From NCBI GenBank assembly GCA_964423675.1, contig CAYRFP010000002.1:8728-72727 (forward strand): 64,000 nt of DNA, read 5' to 3'. A program made the position numbers and the translations under genes. The notes under the pieces are model-generated. The model was not told the origin of the DNA and made no database searches. It saw only the letters and a program-made list of their open reading frames with translations. Shown piece after piece: positions 25,729-34,309 of this stretch. The stretch's first letter is position 1. The number at the start of each line of letters is the position of its first letter. Origin of the DNA: an uncultured Oscillospiraceae bacterium. Its GTDB lineage: Bacteria > Bacillota > Clostridia > Christensenellales > Aristaeellaceae.

Positions 25729-26873
25729 TCCGGTTTCCTCCTTTGGTGTAGGGCGGAGCCGATTAGTCCCAGCCCTACCGCACCGATAGCCACTGCTCCG
25801 CGCCAGGGGGCCAGGGCGATCAGCAGTTGTTCTGCATCCGTGGTGTTCAGGTCCGCCAGAGGAACCAGCAGCAGAAACAGAAGCGTAAGCAGACCGGGCG
25901 AAATCTGCCGCCTCCCCGTTGCATGGCTGATTAGCGCTGCCGCCCGGGTTACGCCGGTAGATTGCAGCATCAGCAAAAGGAACAGCACTGCGCACAGCAG
26001 CAGCGACCAGGCTGGCAGCGAGGGGCTGACATTGCTCAGCAGCATCATCCGCCAGCCTATCGTTTCTTTTCGGGCCAGCGCGTAAAACGGTAATAAGAAG
26101 GCGCTGAACAGGGCGGTGACAGTGCCCAAGCCCAGGCAGCAAAGTACCGAACGGACGCCTGGACGGGCCTCCTGACAAAGCGATTGCAGATTGCTGTCTC
26201 GCTGGGGCAGCAGCAGTGGCAGGCAGCAGGAACCCACGCAGCCGCTCATCCAAAGCGCGCCATGAGCGATGCTGGGAAGTCCCTGACCCAGCCACGGAGC
26301 TAAATGGCCCAGGCTGCCATAAGGGGCGGCGGTGGCCGCGCAAAAGCCGATCATCAAAAGCAGTACCCAGCGCATCAGCCGCGCAAGGCGGGGCAGGCCG
26401 TATTCATCTCCGCCGCCCACGGCCAGAGCGGAAACCACCGCCACGGCCAGCGCCACCCAAAGGCTGCTCACCTGAGGAAGCACGTCGCTGAGCACGGCGC
26501 AGATAACAAAGGCAGCCAGCTGCGCATCCAGCAGAGAAACCGCCGCCAACGCCACTGAAACGATTCCGGCAACCGGTTTGCCCAGCGCGGAAACCAGCGG
26601 CGTTTGCCCGGGCTGCCTTTTTCGGCAGATGTGAAGCGATCCCAGCACAAGCGCCAGACAGAACGGCAGGAGCGCAAGCAGGGAAAGATACCCCGCCGTG
26701 CTGGCATGGCCGTAAAGATACAAGGAAAGGCCAATGACGATCTGACCATAAAGATTCAGGCCGCTCAGAGCATATTGCTCCATAGCGTAGGCCTGACCGC
26801 GCTCCCGCAGCAGAGTCTGCCGATCGGAAACGGAGGTGGTCGTTTGAAAAAGTGAAGAAAAACAGCGTTTCAT
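25725..26873 (-). CDS. Spore germination receptor B subunit (GerAB-type permease)
   Basis: 382 aa and polytopic (about 10 hydrophobic helices). ATGA overlap with gerXA and a 4-nt overlap with gerXC. Confidence 0.8.
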   Translation of the reverse strand: MKRCFSSLFQTTTSVSDRQTLLRERGQAYAMEQYALSGLNLYGQIVIGLSLYLYGHASTAGYLSLLALLPFCLALVLGSLHICRKRQPGQTPLVSALGKPVAGIVSVALAAVSLLDAQLAAFVICAVLSDVLPQVSSLWVALAVAVVSALAVGGGDEYGLPRLARLMRWVLLLMIGFCAATAAPYGSLGHLAPWLGQGLPSIAHGALWMSGCVGSCCLPLLLPQRDSNLQSLCQEARPGVRSVLCCLGLGTVTALFSAFLLPFYALARKETIGWRMMLLSNVSPSLPAWSLLLCAVLFLLLMLQSTGVTRAAALISHATGRRQISPGLLTLLFLLLVPLADLNTTDAEQLLIALAPWRGAVAIGAVGLGLIGSALHQRRKPD

Positions 26874-28390
26874 TTATCCTCCTGATCCCAGGCTCGCATG
26901 CGGCCATCCGTACGCCGCAGATGGAAAGGATTGGCCATAAAGCCGCGCAGACGCTGCCGCCAGATGGGCATGCGAAGCACAGCGTCCGGGTTGGATGGCC
27001 GCTTTGGGGCAATGGGGGAGAAATAGGGGCAGCCTAGGGAGGTAAGCCCCGCCAGCCGCAGCAACAGATAAAAGCAACCCAGTACCAGCCCCAAATACCC
27101 GCCCAGGCCAGCTGCTATAACCAGGAAAAACTGGGCGATGCGCAGCGAAAGCGTCAGCGGAAAGGAGGGCACCGCATAGCTGCCAAGGCCACTGATAGCC
27201 ACTACGATAATCAGTAGTGGGCTGAACATATCTGCGTCCACGGCGGCTTGCCCCAAAATCAGGCCGCTGACAATGGACAGGCTTCCGCCCATGACCCCGG
27301 GGATCCGGGCACCGGCCTCGTTAATCAGGCTGAAAACCAGCAGCATCAGTAGCATGGACATGAATAGAGACAGCGGCACACGGGATTGAGATTCGATCAC
27401 CGATGTGAGCAGCGAAAGCGCCATGCCCTCCGGATGGAAAACCGTTAGCGCCACATAAATGGCGGGCATCAGCAGTGCCAGCAGCATGCCGATCATCCGC
27501 AGCAGCCGCAGGAATGTTCCGTATTGCCAGCGAAGTGCCGTGTCATCCGGGGCATGATACAAATGCATCAGACCAATGGGCAGGGCCAGCGCTGCCGGCG
27601 CGTTTTCCATGAGGATAACCGCCTGCCCTTCCTCCAGGAAACTAGCTGCCCGGTCGGGGCGTTCTGTGGAGCCAACCTGGGGAAGCAGCGAATATGGCTT
27701 ATCTTCGATCAGCTGCTCCAGCATGCCAAGCGAACTGACGTAATCTACATCACACCCCCGGAGCCTGCGTCGAAGCTCGTCCAGCATTTCCTGCTGGGCA
27801 ACGCCATCCAGATACAAGAGGCTCAGCCGGGTGGGCACCTTGCTGCCGATTTCCATTTCTTCGCTGATCAGGGCGGGCGAGCGCATCATACGCCGGATGA
27901 GCACCACGTTGTCCCGCAGCGATTCTGTGAAGCCCATATGCGGGCCCACGATGACGGTTTCGTTAATGGGTTCGCTGACGGCTCGTTTCACAAAGCCTTT
28001 CACATCCAACAAAAGCGCGCCCGGCATGGTATCACAAAGGAGCGCTGCGTCTCCGCTGAACACCCGGTTTAGCAGCTGCGAAAGCTGGGCTGTGGGCTGA
28101 ATGGAAGCCGTTTGCAGGACCTGCTTGGTCAAAAAGCTGTCCAGCGGCTCGTTTTCCGGGAGCTGCTTCGCTTGCAGACAGGGGGCTAGCACGAATTTTT
28201 GCAGTTTCGTATCGTTTGCCAGCCCATCTACGTAGATCAGCGCGGCTGAATATCCCAGCAATTGAAATTCATGGATGACCACATCCTCGCTTTTTTCTGA
28301 ATGTGCTCCCTGACGAACCAGCGCCAGAGATTGCCGATAATCCCCGGTCAAAACGCCCTGCATCAGCGGTTCCCATTCCTGCGAAGCCAT
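26870..28390 (-). CDS. Spore germination receptor A subunit (GerAA-type)
   Basis: The start is reset to ATG 28390 (MASQEWE..., SD GGAAGG), giving 506 aa. GerA-family blocks are present (IYVDGLANDTKL, ESLRDNVVLIRRM, PTRLSLLYLDGVA), with a C-terminal TM bundle. Confidence 0.85.
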   Translation of the reverse strand: MASQEWEPLMQGVLTGDYRQSLALVRQGAHSEKSEDVVIHEFQLLGYSAALIYVDGLANDTKLQKFVLAPCLQAKQLPENEPLDSFLTKQVLQTASIQPTAQLSQLLNRVFSGDAALLCDTMPGALLLDVKGFVKRAVSEPINETVIVGPHMGFTESLRDNVVLIRRMMRSPALISEEMEIGSKVPTRLSLLYLDGVAQQEMLDELRRRLRGCDVDYVSSLGMLEQLIEDKPYSLLPQVGSTERPDRAASFLEEGQAVILMENAPAALALPIGLMHLYHAPDDTALRWQYGTFLRLLRMIGMLLALLMPAIYVALTVFHPEGMALSLLTSVIESQSRVPLSLFMSMLLMLLVFSLINEAGARIPGVMGGSLSIVSGLILGQAAVDADMFSPLLIIVVAISGLGSYAVPSFPLTLSLRIAQFFLVIAAGLGGYLGLVLGCFYLLLRLAGLTSLGCPYFSPIAPKRPSNPDAVLRMPIWRQRLRGFMANPFHLRRTDGRMRAWDQEDK

Positions 28391-28552
28391 GTGATCCCTT
28401 CCTTTCCAGGCTCTTTTGTCCTTAGAATGCCCTGGATAGCGGAAAATTAATCCATCCTTTGCGGTGCAGCACAGTTCAAGGACCGATGTTTTTTGGATTT
28501 TTTGTTTCAAAGGGGAAAAGGGGGTGTATAATAGGGGAGAACAGGAAAAGAA

Positions 28553-28834
28553 ATGGAGGAGATGGCCATGGCTTGCAATGTGCATGTGACGGGTGGCGAA
28601 TTGCCCCAGGCAGAAATCGACACTTATATTCGGCGGGCGCAGCAGAAGTTTGGCGCAACGCCTCAGGGCATTGATATTCTGGTGGACGGCGATTACGTGG
28701 AGCTTTCCTATGATTTCGGCGATGTGCCGTTTCATCGGATTCGCAGGATTACCGGCTACTTGGTGGGCACCCTGGATCGGTTTAACAACGCCAAACGCGC
28801 AGAAGAACATGATCGGGTGAAGCACGCAGTCTAA
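28553..28834 (+). CDS. Small stand-alone NrdD-type glycyl-radical-domain protein
   Basis: 88-93 aa. ATG 28568 has the best SD (GGAGGAG). The C-terminus FHRIRRITGYLVGTLDRFNNAKRAEEHDRVKH matches the C-terminal glycyl-radical motif (R-x-x-G-Y...N.gK..E...R.kH) of class III anaerobic ribonucleotide reductase. A strong terminator follows. Confidence 0.6.
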   Translation: MEEMAMACNVHVTGGELPQAEIDTYIRRAQQKFGATPQGIDILVDGDYVELSYDFGDVPFHRIRRITGYLVGTLDRFNNAKRAEEHDRVKHAV

Positions 28835-28865
28835 AAAAGGTCTGCCCAAGCATTTGATGAAAAAA

Positions 28866-28925
28866 AGGAAAAACAAAGCGTCCTCCGAAGGGTTATTGCC
28901 CATTCGGAGGACGTTTTGCGTTTTC
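28866..28925. terminator. Bidirectional rho-independent terminator
   Basis: CGTCCTCCGAA (28879-28889) pairs with TTCGGAGGACG (28903-28913), a perfect 11-bp stem. It is flanked by an A-rich run upstream and TTTTGCGTTTT downstream. Confidence 0.85.
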
Positions 28926-28958
28926 CAACGCTTTGTTTTGCCTGAAAGCGCTGAATGA

Positions 28959-29667
28959 TTATTCTGCTCCATAGATTTTTATCATGCGCAGCACCAGATT
29001 GAGTGCAGATTCTGCAACGCCATTTTGCCGGAATGCAGCGATGCATTTTTCGAAAATAGCGCTGTTGGCCTGGGCTAACCGGTTTTTCTGCGCAGAAGAA
29101 AAGACAAGCAGCGCCTGTTCATCCAGCGCCTGCCCGGAAAACAGCTTTGTTCCTGCGGCATAGAGACAGGGAACCAATCAAAATGCTTCTGTAGAACGCA
29201 GGAAATTTCGTGCGTCCTTGCAAGCAGATACTCTCGCGCTTCTTCCTCGCTGCAATCGCAGAGCAGATAGTTTTTTTCTGGATGCTTTCTGCCCATGCCT
29301 GAAATTTCGTCAGAATACAATCGTCAAACAGCGCTTGCCCTTTCGCACGTTTTTCCAGAAGGAAGCCCGTGCCGTCTGCGCTGTCCGGGTCATAGCAATA
29401 TCCGAGAATGGGAACCACGGAAACACCGCAGCGCGATAAATCCAGAAGGCTTTCAATCAGCTCGTCCAGATAGGTTAATTGATCATCGCGGGTCGTTACG
29501 TTCCGAAGCTTCAGGCGCTGGGTGGACAGAACGGCATAATCGCCTATCAGATAGGCGTGACGATCAACGCCGCGCTGTGACCATTTCATGCCTTTTGCTT
29601 GCTCGATAAGCTGCCGTGCCTGCGAAAGCTCTATACTGAAGTATTTTGCAAGCATGCTTTTTTCCAA
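28959..29667 (-). pseudogene. Hypothetical protein gene split over three reading frames (two apparent frameshifts)
   Basis: ORFs 29119-29667, 29075-29320 and 28959-29177 are contiguous. Each looks protein-like only in its own segment (...FDDCILTKFQAWAESIQKK | NYLLCDCSEEEAREYLLARTHEISCVLQKHFD | VPCLYAAGTKLFSGQALDEQALLVF...IYGAE). The first shift coincides with a T7/A7 homopolymer at 29271-29277. Confidence 0.4.
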
Positions 29668-29730
29668 ATGGTTCTTTCTTCAAAAATCCCATTCAATGCC
29701 TGCAAGGCGACGCTTTCCACCGGCCTGAAA

Positions 29731-29934
29731 TTAGGCTTCCTCCATGGAAACCAGTTCGAAGCCCTTGCCTTCCACGGCCTGGCGGATGGCGGCGGGATCG
29801 GCTTCGCCTTCCACAGTGCAGATTTTCTTTTCCAAATCCACGCAGGCATTTAGCCCCAGATCATGCAGCGCGCCTTCCACCTTTCCGGCGCAGCGGATGC
29901 AATGCATTCCTTCGATGTGCAGAATTCGTTTCAT
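29731..29934 (-). CDS. Heavy-metal-associated (HMA) domain protein, CopZ-like metallochaperone
   Basis: 67 aa. MKRILHIEGMHCIRCAGKVEGAL carries the GMxCxxC metal-binding motif in a ferredoxin-like layout. SD AAGGAGGAA. It lies 22 nt downstream of polC. Confidence 0.75.
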   Translation of the reverse strand: MKRILHIEGMHCIRCAGKVEGALHDLGLNACVDLEKKICTVEGEADPAAIRQAVEGKGFELVSMEEA

Positions 29935-29956
29935 GTTTGTTTCCTCCTTGGCTTTT

Positions 29957-32900
29957 TTATAATTGAAACAGCGTCACCTGATTGGTTTCCGCCAGTTCCT
30001 TCAGGCAGCCGTGCTCCCGCAGCAGATCCAGCACGGCGCTGGACAGCTTGGCTCGGTTTTTCAGATCTTCAACGGAGATAAACGGCGTAGTTCTGGCCTC
30101 CACGATACCAATGGCTGCAGATTCGCCCAGGCCGCCCAGCGCCGTGAAGGGCACCCGCAGCGTGGTTTCGCCTTCCGGGATGAAACGGGAAACATCGCTC
30201 TTATACAGATCCGCCGGCAGGAAAGAAAAGCCCCGCGCCATCATTTCCAGCACCAGCTCCATGGCGGTGATGGCATCCTTATCCTTGGCGGTGGTTTGCT
30301 TTTGCGCGTCCTGGTCATACATTTCCTGCAATTTGGCGCGCAATTGATCAATGGGCAGGATCATGGTGCAGGCATCGAAGCCGTCGCCGCGAATGGTGAA
30401 ATAAGCGGCGTAATACGCCAGCGGCCGATGCACCTTATACCATGCCACCCGCAGCGCCATGGTAACATACGCGGCGGCATGGCCCTTGGGGAACATATAC
30501 TGGATCTTCCGGCAGCTTTCCTCAAACCAGGCGGGAACGTTATGCTCGTGCATGGCTTCTGCCATTTCAGGCTTCAGTCCCTTGCCCTTGCGGACGAATT
30601 CCATGGTGTCAAACGCCATTTTGGCCGGCACGCCCATCTGCATCAGCTGGTTCATGATGTCTTCACGGGTGCAGAGACATTGCGACAGGGGCACAACGCC
30701 CTGATCGATCAGATCCTTGGCGTTGCCCAGCCACACGTCCGTGCCATGGGACAGGCCGGAAATACGGATCAATTCCTGCATGGTGGAGGGATGCGTATCT
30801 TCCAGCATCTGGCGTACAAAGGATGTGCCAAATTCGGGTACGCCGAAGGTTCCCGTCTTGCAGCCGGCGATTTGATCCGGTGTGACCCCCAGCGCTTTGG
30901 GCGAGGAAAAAAGGCTCATAACTGCCTTGTCATCCAAGGGAATTTTGCGGAAATTGACCCCGGTCAATTCTTCCAGCATATGCAGCATGGTGGGGTCATC
31001 GTGGCCCAGAATATCCAGCTTAACCAGAATGTCGTGCATGGAGCCGAAATCGTAGTGGGTAGTCACGGTGGCGCTTTCGGTATCATCGGCAGGATGCTGC
31101 ACGGCGGTGAACTGGCAGATGTCATACGCCTTGGGAAGCACCACCATGCCGGCGGGATGCTGGCCCGTGGTGCGTTTAACGCCAACACAGCCAGCCGCCA
31201 GCCGCTCTTTTTCCGCATCAGAAACGGTCATGTTTCTTTCTTCCAGGTATTTGAGCACATAGCCGTAGGCTGTTTTCTCAGCCAGCGTGCCAATCGTTCC
31301 GGCACGGAAAACAAATTTTTCACCGAATAGTTCTTTTACGTAGTTATGCGCTGTAGGCTGATATTCGCCGGAGAAGTTCAGGTCAATATCCGGCACCTTG
31401 TCACCCTTGAAGCCCAGGAAGGCTTCGAAAGGAATGTCGAAGCCATCTTTCACCAGCGGGTTTCCGCAATCTGGGCAGAGTTTGTCAGGCAGGTCAACGC
31501 CGATGGTGTATTGGGGCGGGATGTTGAAATCTGCCTTGCGGCAGTGCTCGCAGCGATAGTGCGGGGGCAGAGAATTGATTTCAGTGATCCCGGTAAGGAA
31601 CGCAACGAAGGAGGAACCCACACTGCCGCGGCTACCGACCACATAGCCATCCGCCAGAGATTTGGCCACCAGTTTTTGCGCAATGGAATACAGGGTGCAA
31701 TAGCCATAACCCACGATAGCGTTGAGTTCTTTGTCGATGCGCTTTTGCACGATCTCGGGCAGCTCGTCTCCATAGAGCCGATGGGCAGTGCCGTAAGTCA
31801 AATTTTTTATATCATCCTCTGCCGTTTCCCAGAAGGGGGAGAAGGTGGTTTTGCCCTCGGGGTGCGGCGGGAACAGAGCCACCGTGCCCACGCGATCGGC
31901 AATTTTCTTGGGATTATCGATGACCACCTCGTGAGCCTTTTTGGCGCCCAGATATGCAAACTCTTGCAGCATTTCATCAGTGGTTTTCAGATACAGCGGC
32001 GGTTGATGATCCGCATCACTAAAGCCCTGGCCGGCCTGCAAAATGGCGCGGAAGACGGAATCCTCCGGATCCAGAAAGTGCACGTCGCCCGTCGCGACCA
32101 CGGGCAGCCCCAGTTTTTCGCCCAAGCGCACGATGCGGCGATTAAATTCCCGCAGCGCTTCATCATCCGCCACGCGCCCTTCCCGGGTTAGAAAGGCGTT
32201 GTTGCCAATGGGCTGGATTTCCAGATAATCATAGAACCGGGCGATCTTGCCCAGCTTTTCATCGCTGGCACCATCCACCATGGCGCTGAACAATTCGCCG
32301 GATTCGCAGGCAGAGCCAACCACCACGCCCTTGCGGTACTTTTGCAGCACGGCCCTTGGAATGTGGGGCTTGCGGCGAAAGTATTTCAAGTGCGCATCGG
32401 AGATCATGTGGTTGATGTTAGTAATACCATCCTGGCAGGTAGCCAGAAGAACCACGTGCCAGGAATTGCCCAGGGTGTATCCACTGCCCACGTCGTTGAG
32501 ATCCCGCAAGGTCTGAGCGCCTTTTTTCTGCGCGTCCTCGATCATTCGGGCCAGGCATTGGGCGGTGGCTGCGGCGTCGTTTACGGCCCGGTGCGCATCC
32601 TTGAGGGAAACGCCCAGCCGCTTGCATACCGAACCCAGCCGGTGAGATTTCAATTCTGGATACAGCTTTCGTGCCAGCGTCAGGGTGTCCAGCTGCGGCG
32701 CTTCATAGGTTTGCCCCAGGCGCTTCAATTCGCTTTCCAGTACGGCGCAGTCGAACTTGGCATTGTGGGCTGCGATGGGGCAGCCGTCTATGAATGCCAT
32801 AAGCTGCGGCAGCGCCTGCTCCGCAGTGGGCGCATCGCGCAGCATCTGATCGGAAATATGCGTGATTTCCACGATCTTTTGGGGCAACAGCATGCCGGGA

Positions 32901-34309
32901 TTCACCAGCGTGCCATAGGAATCCACCACCTGCCCATGAGCCAGCTTCACCGCGCCGATTTCAATAATCCGATCCTTGGCTGTGTTCAGCCCGGTGGTTT
33001 CAAAATCCAGCACGATGATGGGCGTATCTAGCGGCAAATCGGCGCTGGCGGAAACCACCTGGTCATCATCCGTCAGATACCCTTCCACCCCGGGTAGTAG
33101 CTTGATATTGTTTTTCTTGGCGGCGGCAAAAGCTTCAGGGAATGCCTGAACCACACCATGATCCGTGATGGCGATGGCTTCATGCCCCCATTTCGCCGCG
33201 CGGGCAATCAGATCGGAGGCGGAAACCACCGCATCCATATTGCTCATTTGCGTATGCGCGTGCAACTCAATGCGCTTTTCCTTGGCAGTATCCATACGCT
33301 GAGGCAGGACGCAACTGCTCATATCCCGCGCCATAATTACCGTTTCATGGGAATAATTATCGTATTGCGTTTCGCCTCGCACTAGGATGCCCATGCCGGG
33401 CTTAATGGCTTTGACCACCTTCTGAACGGCTTCCCGCTCCTCCTCCGTAATGGGCGGCGGTGCTTCTTCATCGTCCTTGCGGCGTCGGGGACGATAGCGC
33501 AGGAAGGTCTTGCAGCGGATTGTGGAGGTAAAGTCCGTTACCAGGAAGGAAAGCAGCACCATTTCGCCCCCGGCGATTTCCTTATCCTCGGCGGAGAGCA
33601 CTTTTCCCCGGATGACAACCAAGCCGGTATCATCGGTCAGCTCCTTAATAGGCACCGGCGGATCGCCGATGGATCGGCCACGAATGCGGCAGTCCTCTTC
33701 TTTTGGCTTTTCTTCCGCCTTTTTTTCCTGCTGCTTCTGGGCGATTTCATCAAAGCGGGCGGCTCTTTCCGCCGCCACACGATCCTGCTGCTCCCGCTCC
33801 TGTTGCAGGGCGTAAAGCCGCTTTTCTTCATCGCCGCAAACCTTTAACATAACCTCCGTATCCAGCCGGAACACATCCTTGATTACCTGTGCCAGCTGGG
33901 AGCGCACCTGCTGTTTTTCCAGATACTGCATAGAAAACTCATCTGGCATTTCCAGCGTCACCCGCCCGTTGCCAGGGCTCCAGTGCATATCGTATTCCCA
34001 GGAGGCCACCGCGGGATAATGGCGGATCAGATAATGGTTCAGAGGCGCGGCATATTTATCCGGGCTTTGCAGAAATTCCCGAGCCAGACCGGGGCTGGCA
34101 ATGCGAACGGAAAAACTGAGCCCTGGGAATGCGCTTTGCAATGCGCGTTTCACCACGAAAAAGCCCTTCTCTCCGATTAAAACATCGGAAAGAAAGGAGA
34201 AATATGCCTTATTTTCGCTTTTTACATAACGCACCCGTTCAATCGCGATTTTTCCTGCCGCTTCCGGCAGCGCCTGATGAACGGTTTGCAGTAATTCGTC
34301 ATACGTCAT
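29957..34309 (-). CDS. polC: DNA polymerase III, PolC-type (Gram-positive replicative polymerase with intrinsic 3'-5' exonuclease)
   Basis: 1450 aa. PHP domain (ELHAHTQMSNMDA), DEDD exonuclease (VLDFETTGL, AHNAKFDC, HRAVNDA), a polymerase core and a Zn-finger-like CEHC...CPDCG are present. Confidence 0.97.
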   Translation of the reverse strand: MTYDELLQTVHQALPEAAGKIAIERVRYVKSENKAYFSFLSDVLIGEKGFFVVKRALQSAFPGLSFSVRIASPGLAREFLQSPDKYAAPLNHYLIRHYPAVASWEYDMHWSPGNGRVTLEMPDEFSMQYLEKQQVRSQLAQVIKDVFRLDTEVMLKVCGDEEKRLYALQQEREQQDRVAAERAARFDEIAQKQQEKKAEEKPKEEDCRIRGRSIGDPPVPIKELTDDTGLVVIRGKVLSAEDKEIAGGEMVLLSFLVTDFTSTIRCKTFLRYRPRRRKDDEEAPPPITEEEREAVQKVVKAIKPGMGILVRGETQYDNYSHETVIMARDMSSCVLPQRMDTAKEKRIELHAHTQMSNMDAVVSASDLIARAAKWGHEAIAITDHGVVQAFPEAFAAAKKNNIKLLPGVEGYLTDDDQVVSASADLPLDTPIIVLDFETTGLNTAKDRIIEIGAVKLAHGQVVDSYGTLVNPGMLLPQKIVEITHISDQMLRDAPTAEQALPQLMAFIDGCPIAAHNAKFDCAVLESELKRLGQTYEAPQLDTLTLARKLYPELKSHRLGSVCKRLGVSLKDAHRAVNDAAATAQCLARMIEDAQKKGAQTLRDLNDVGSGYTLGNSWHVVLLATCQDGITNINHMISDAHLKYFRRKPHIPRAVLQKYRKGVVVGSACESGELFSAMVDGASDEKLGKIARFYDYLEIQPIGNNAFLTREGRVADDEALREFNRRIVRLGEKLGLPVVATGDVHFLDPEDSVFRAILQAGQGFSDADHQPPLYLKTTDEMLQEFAYLGAKKAHEVVIDNPKKIADRVGTVALFPPHPEGKTTFSPFWETAEDDIKNLTYGTAHRLYGDELPEIVQKRIDKELNAIVGYGYCTLYSIAQKLVAKSLADGYVVGSRGSVGSSFVAFLTGITEINSLPPHYRCEHCRKADFNIPPQYTIGVDLPDKLCPDCGNPLVKDGFDIPFEAFLGFKGDKVPDIDLNFSGEYQPTAHNYVKELFGEKFVFRAGTIGTLAEKTAYGYVLKYLEERNMTVSDAEKERLAAGCVGVKRTTGQHPAGMVVLPKAYDICQFTAVQHPADDTESATVTTHYDFGSMHDILVKLDILGHDDPTMLHMLEELTGVNFRKIPLDDKAVMSLFSSPKALGVTPDQIAGCKTGTFGVPEFGTSFVRQMLEDTHPSTMQELIRISGLSHGTDVWLGNAKDLIDQGVVPLSQCLCTREDIMNQLMQMGVPAKMAFDTMEFVRKGKGLKPEMAEAMHEHNVPAWFEESCRKIQYMFPKGHAAAYVTMALRVAWYKVHRPLAYYAAYFTIRGDGFDACTMILPIDQLRAKLQEMYDQDAQKQTTAKDKDAITAMELVLEMMARGFSFLPADLYKSDVSRFIPEGETTLRVPFTALGGLGESAAIGIVEARTTPFISVEDLKNRAKLSSAVLDLLREHGCLKELAETNQVTLFQL

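Noticed and set aside
25729-26343. N-terminal 205-aa extension of the gerXC ORF in the track (24583-26343).
   Set aside because: It overlaps gerXB in another frame and is P/R/A-rich noise. A TTG start with a strong SD at 25728 yields a canonical lipoprotein signal peptide.
28391-28480. Sigma-G-type forespore promoter upstream of gerXA (CATTCTA as the -10).
   Set aside because: The -10-like heptamer fits CAHWHTA, but I could not find a GHATR -35 element at 17-18 nt spacing. The evidence is too weak to annotate.
28391-28972. N-terminal 194-aa extension of the gerXA ORF (track 26870-28972).
   Set aside because: It runs antisense through the NrdD-like gene and its terminator. ATG 28390 with an SD gives a normal-length GerA protein.
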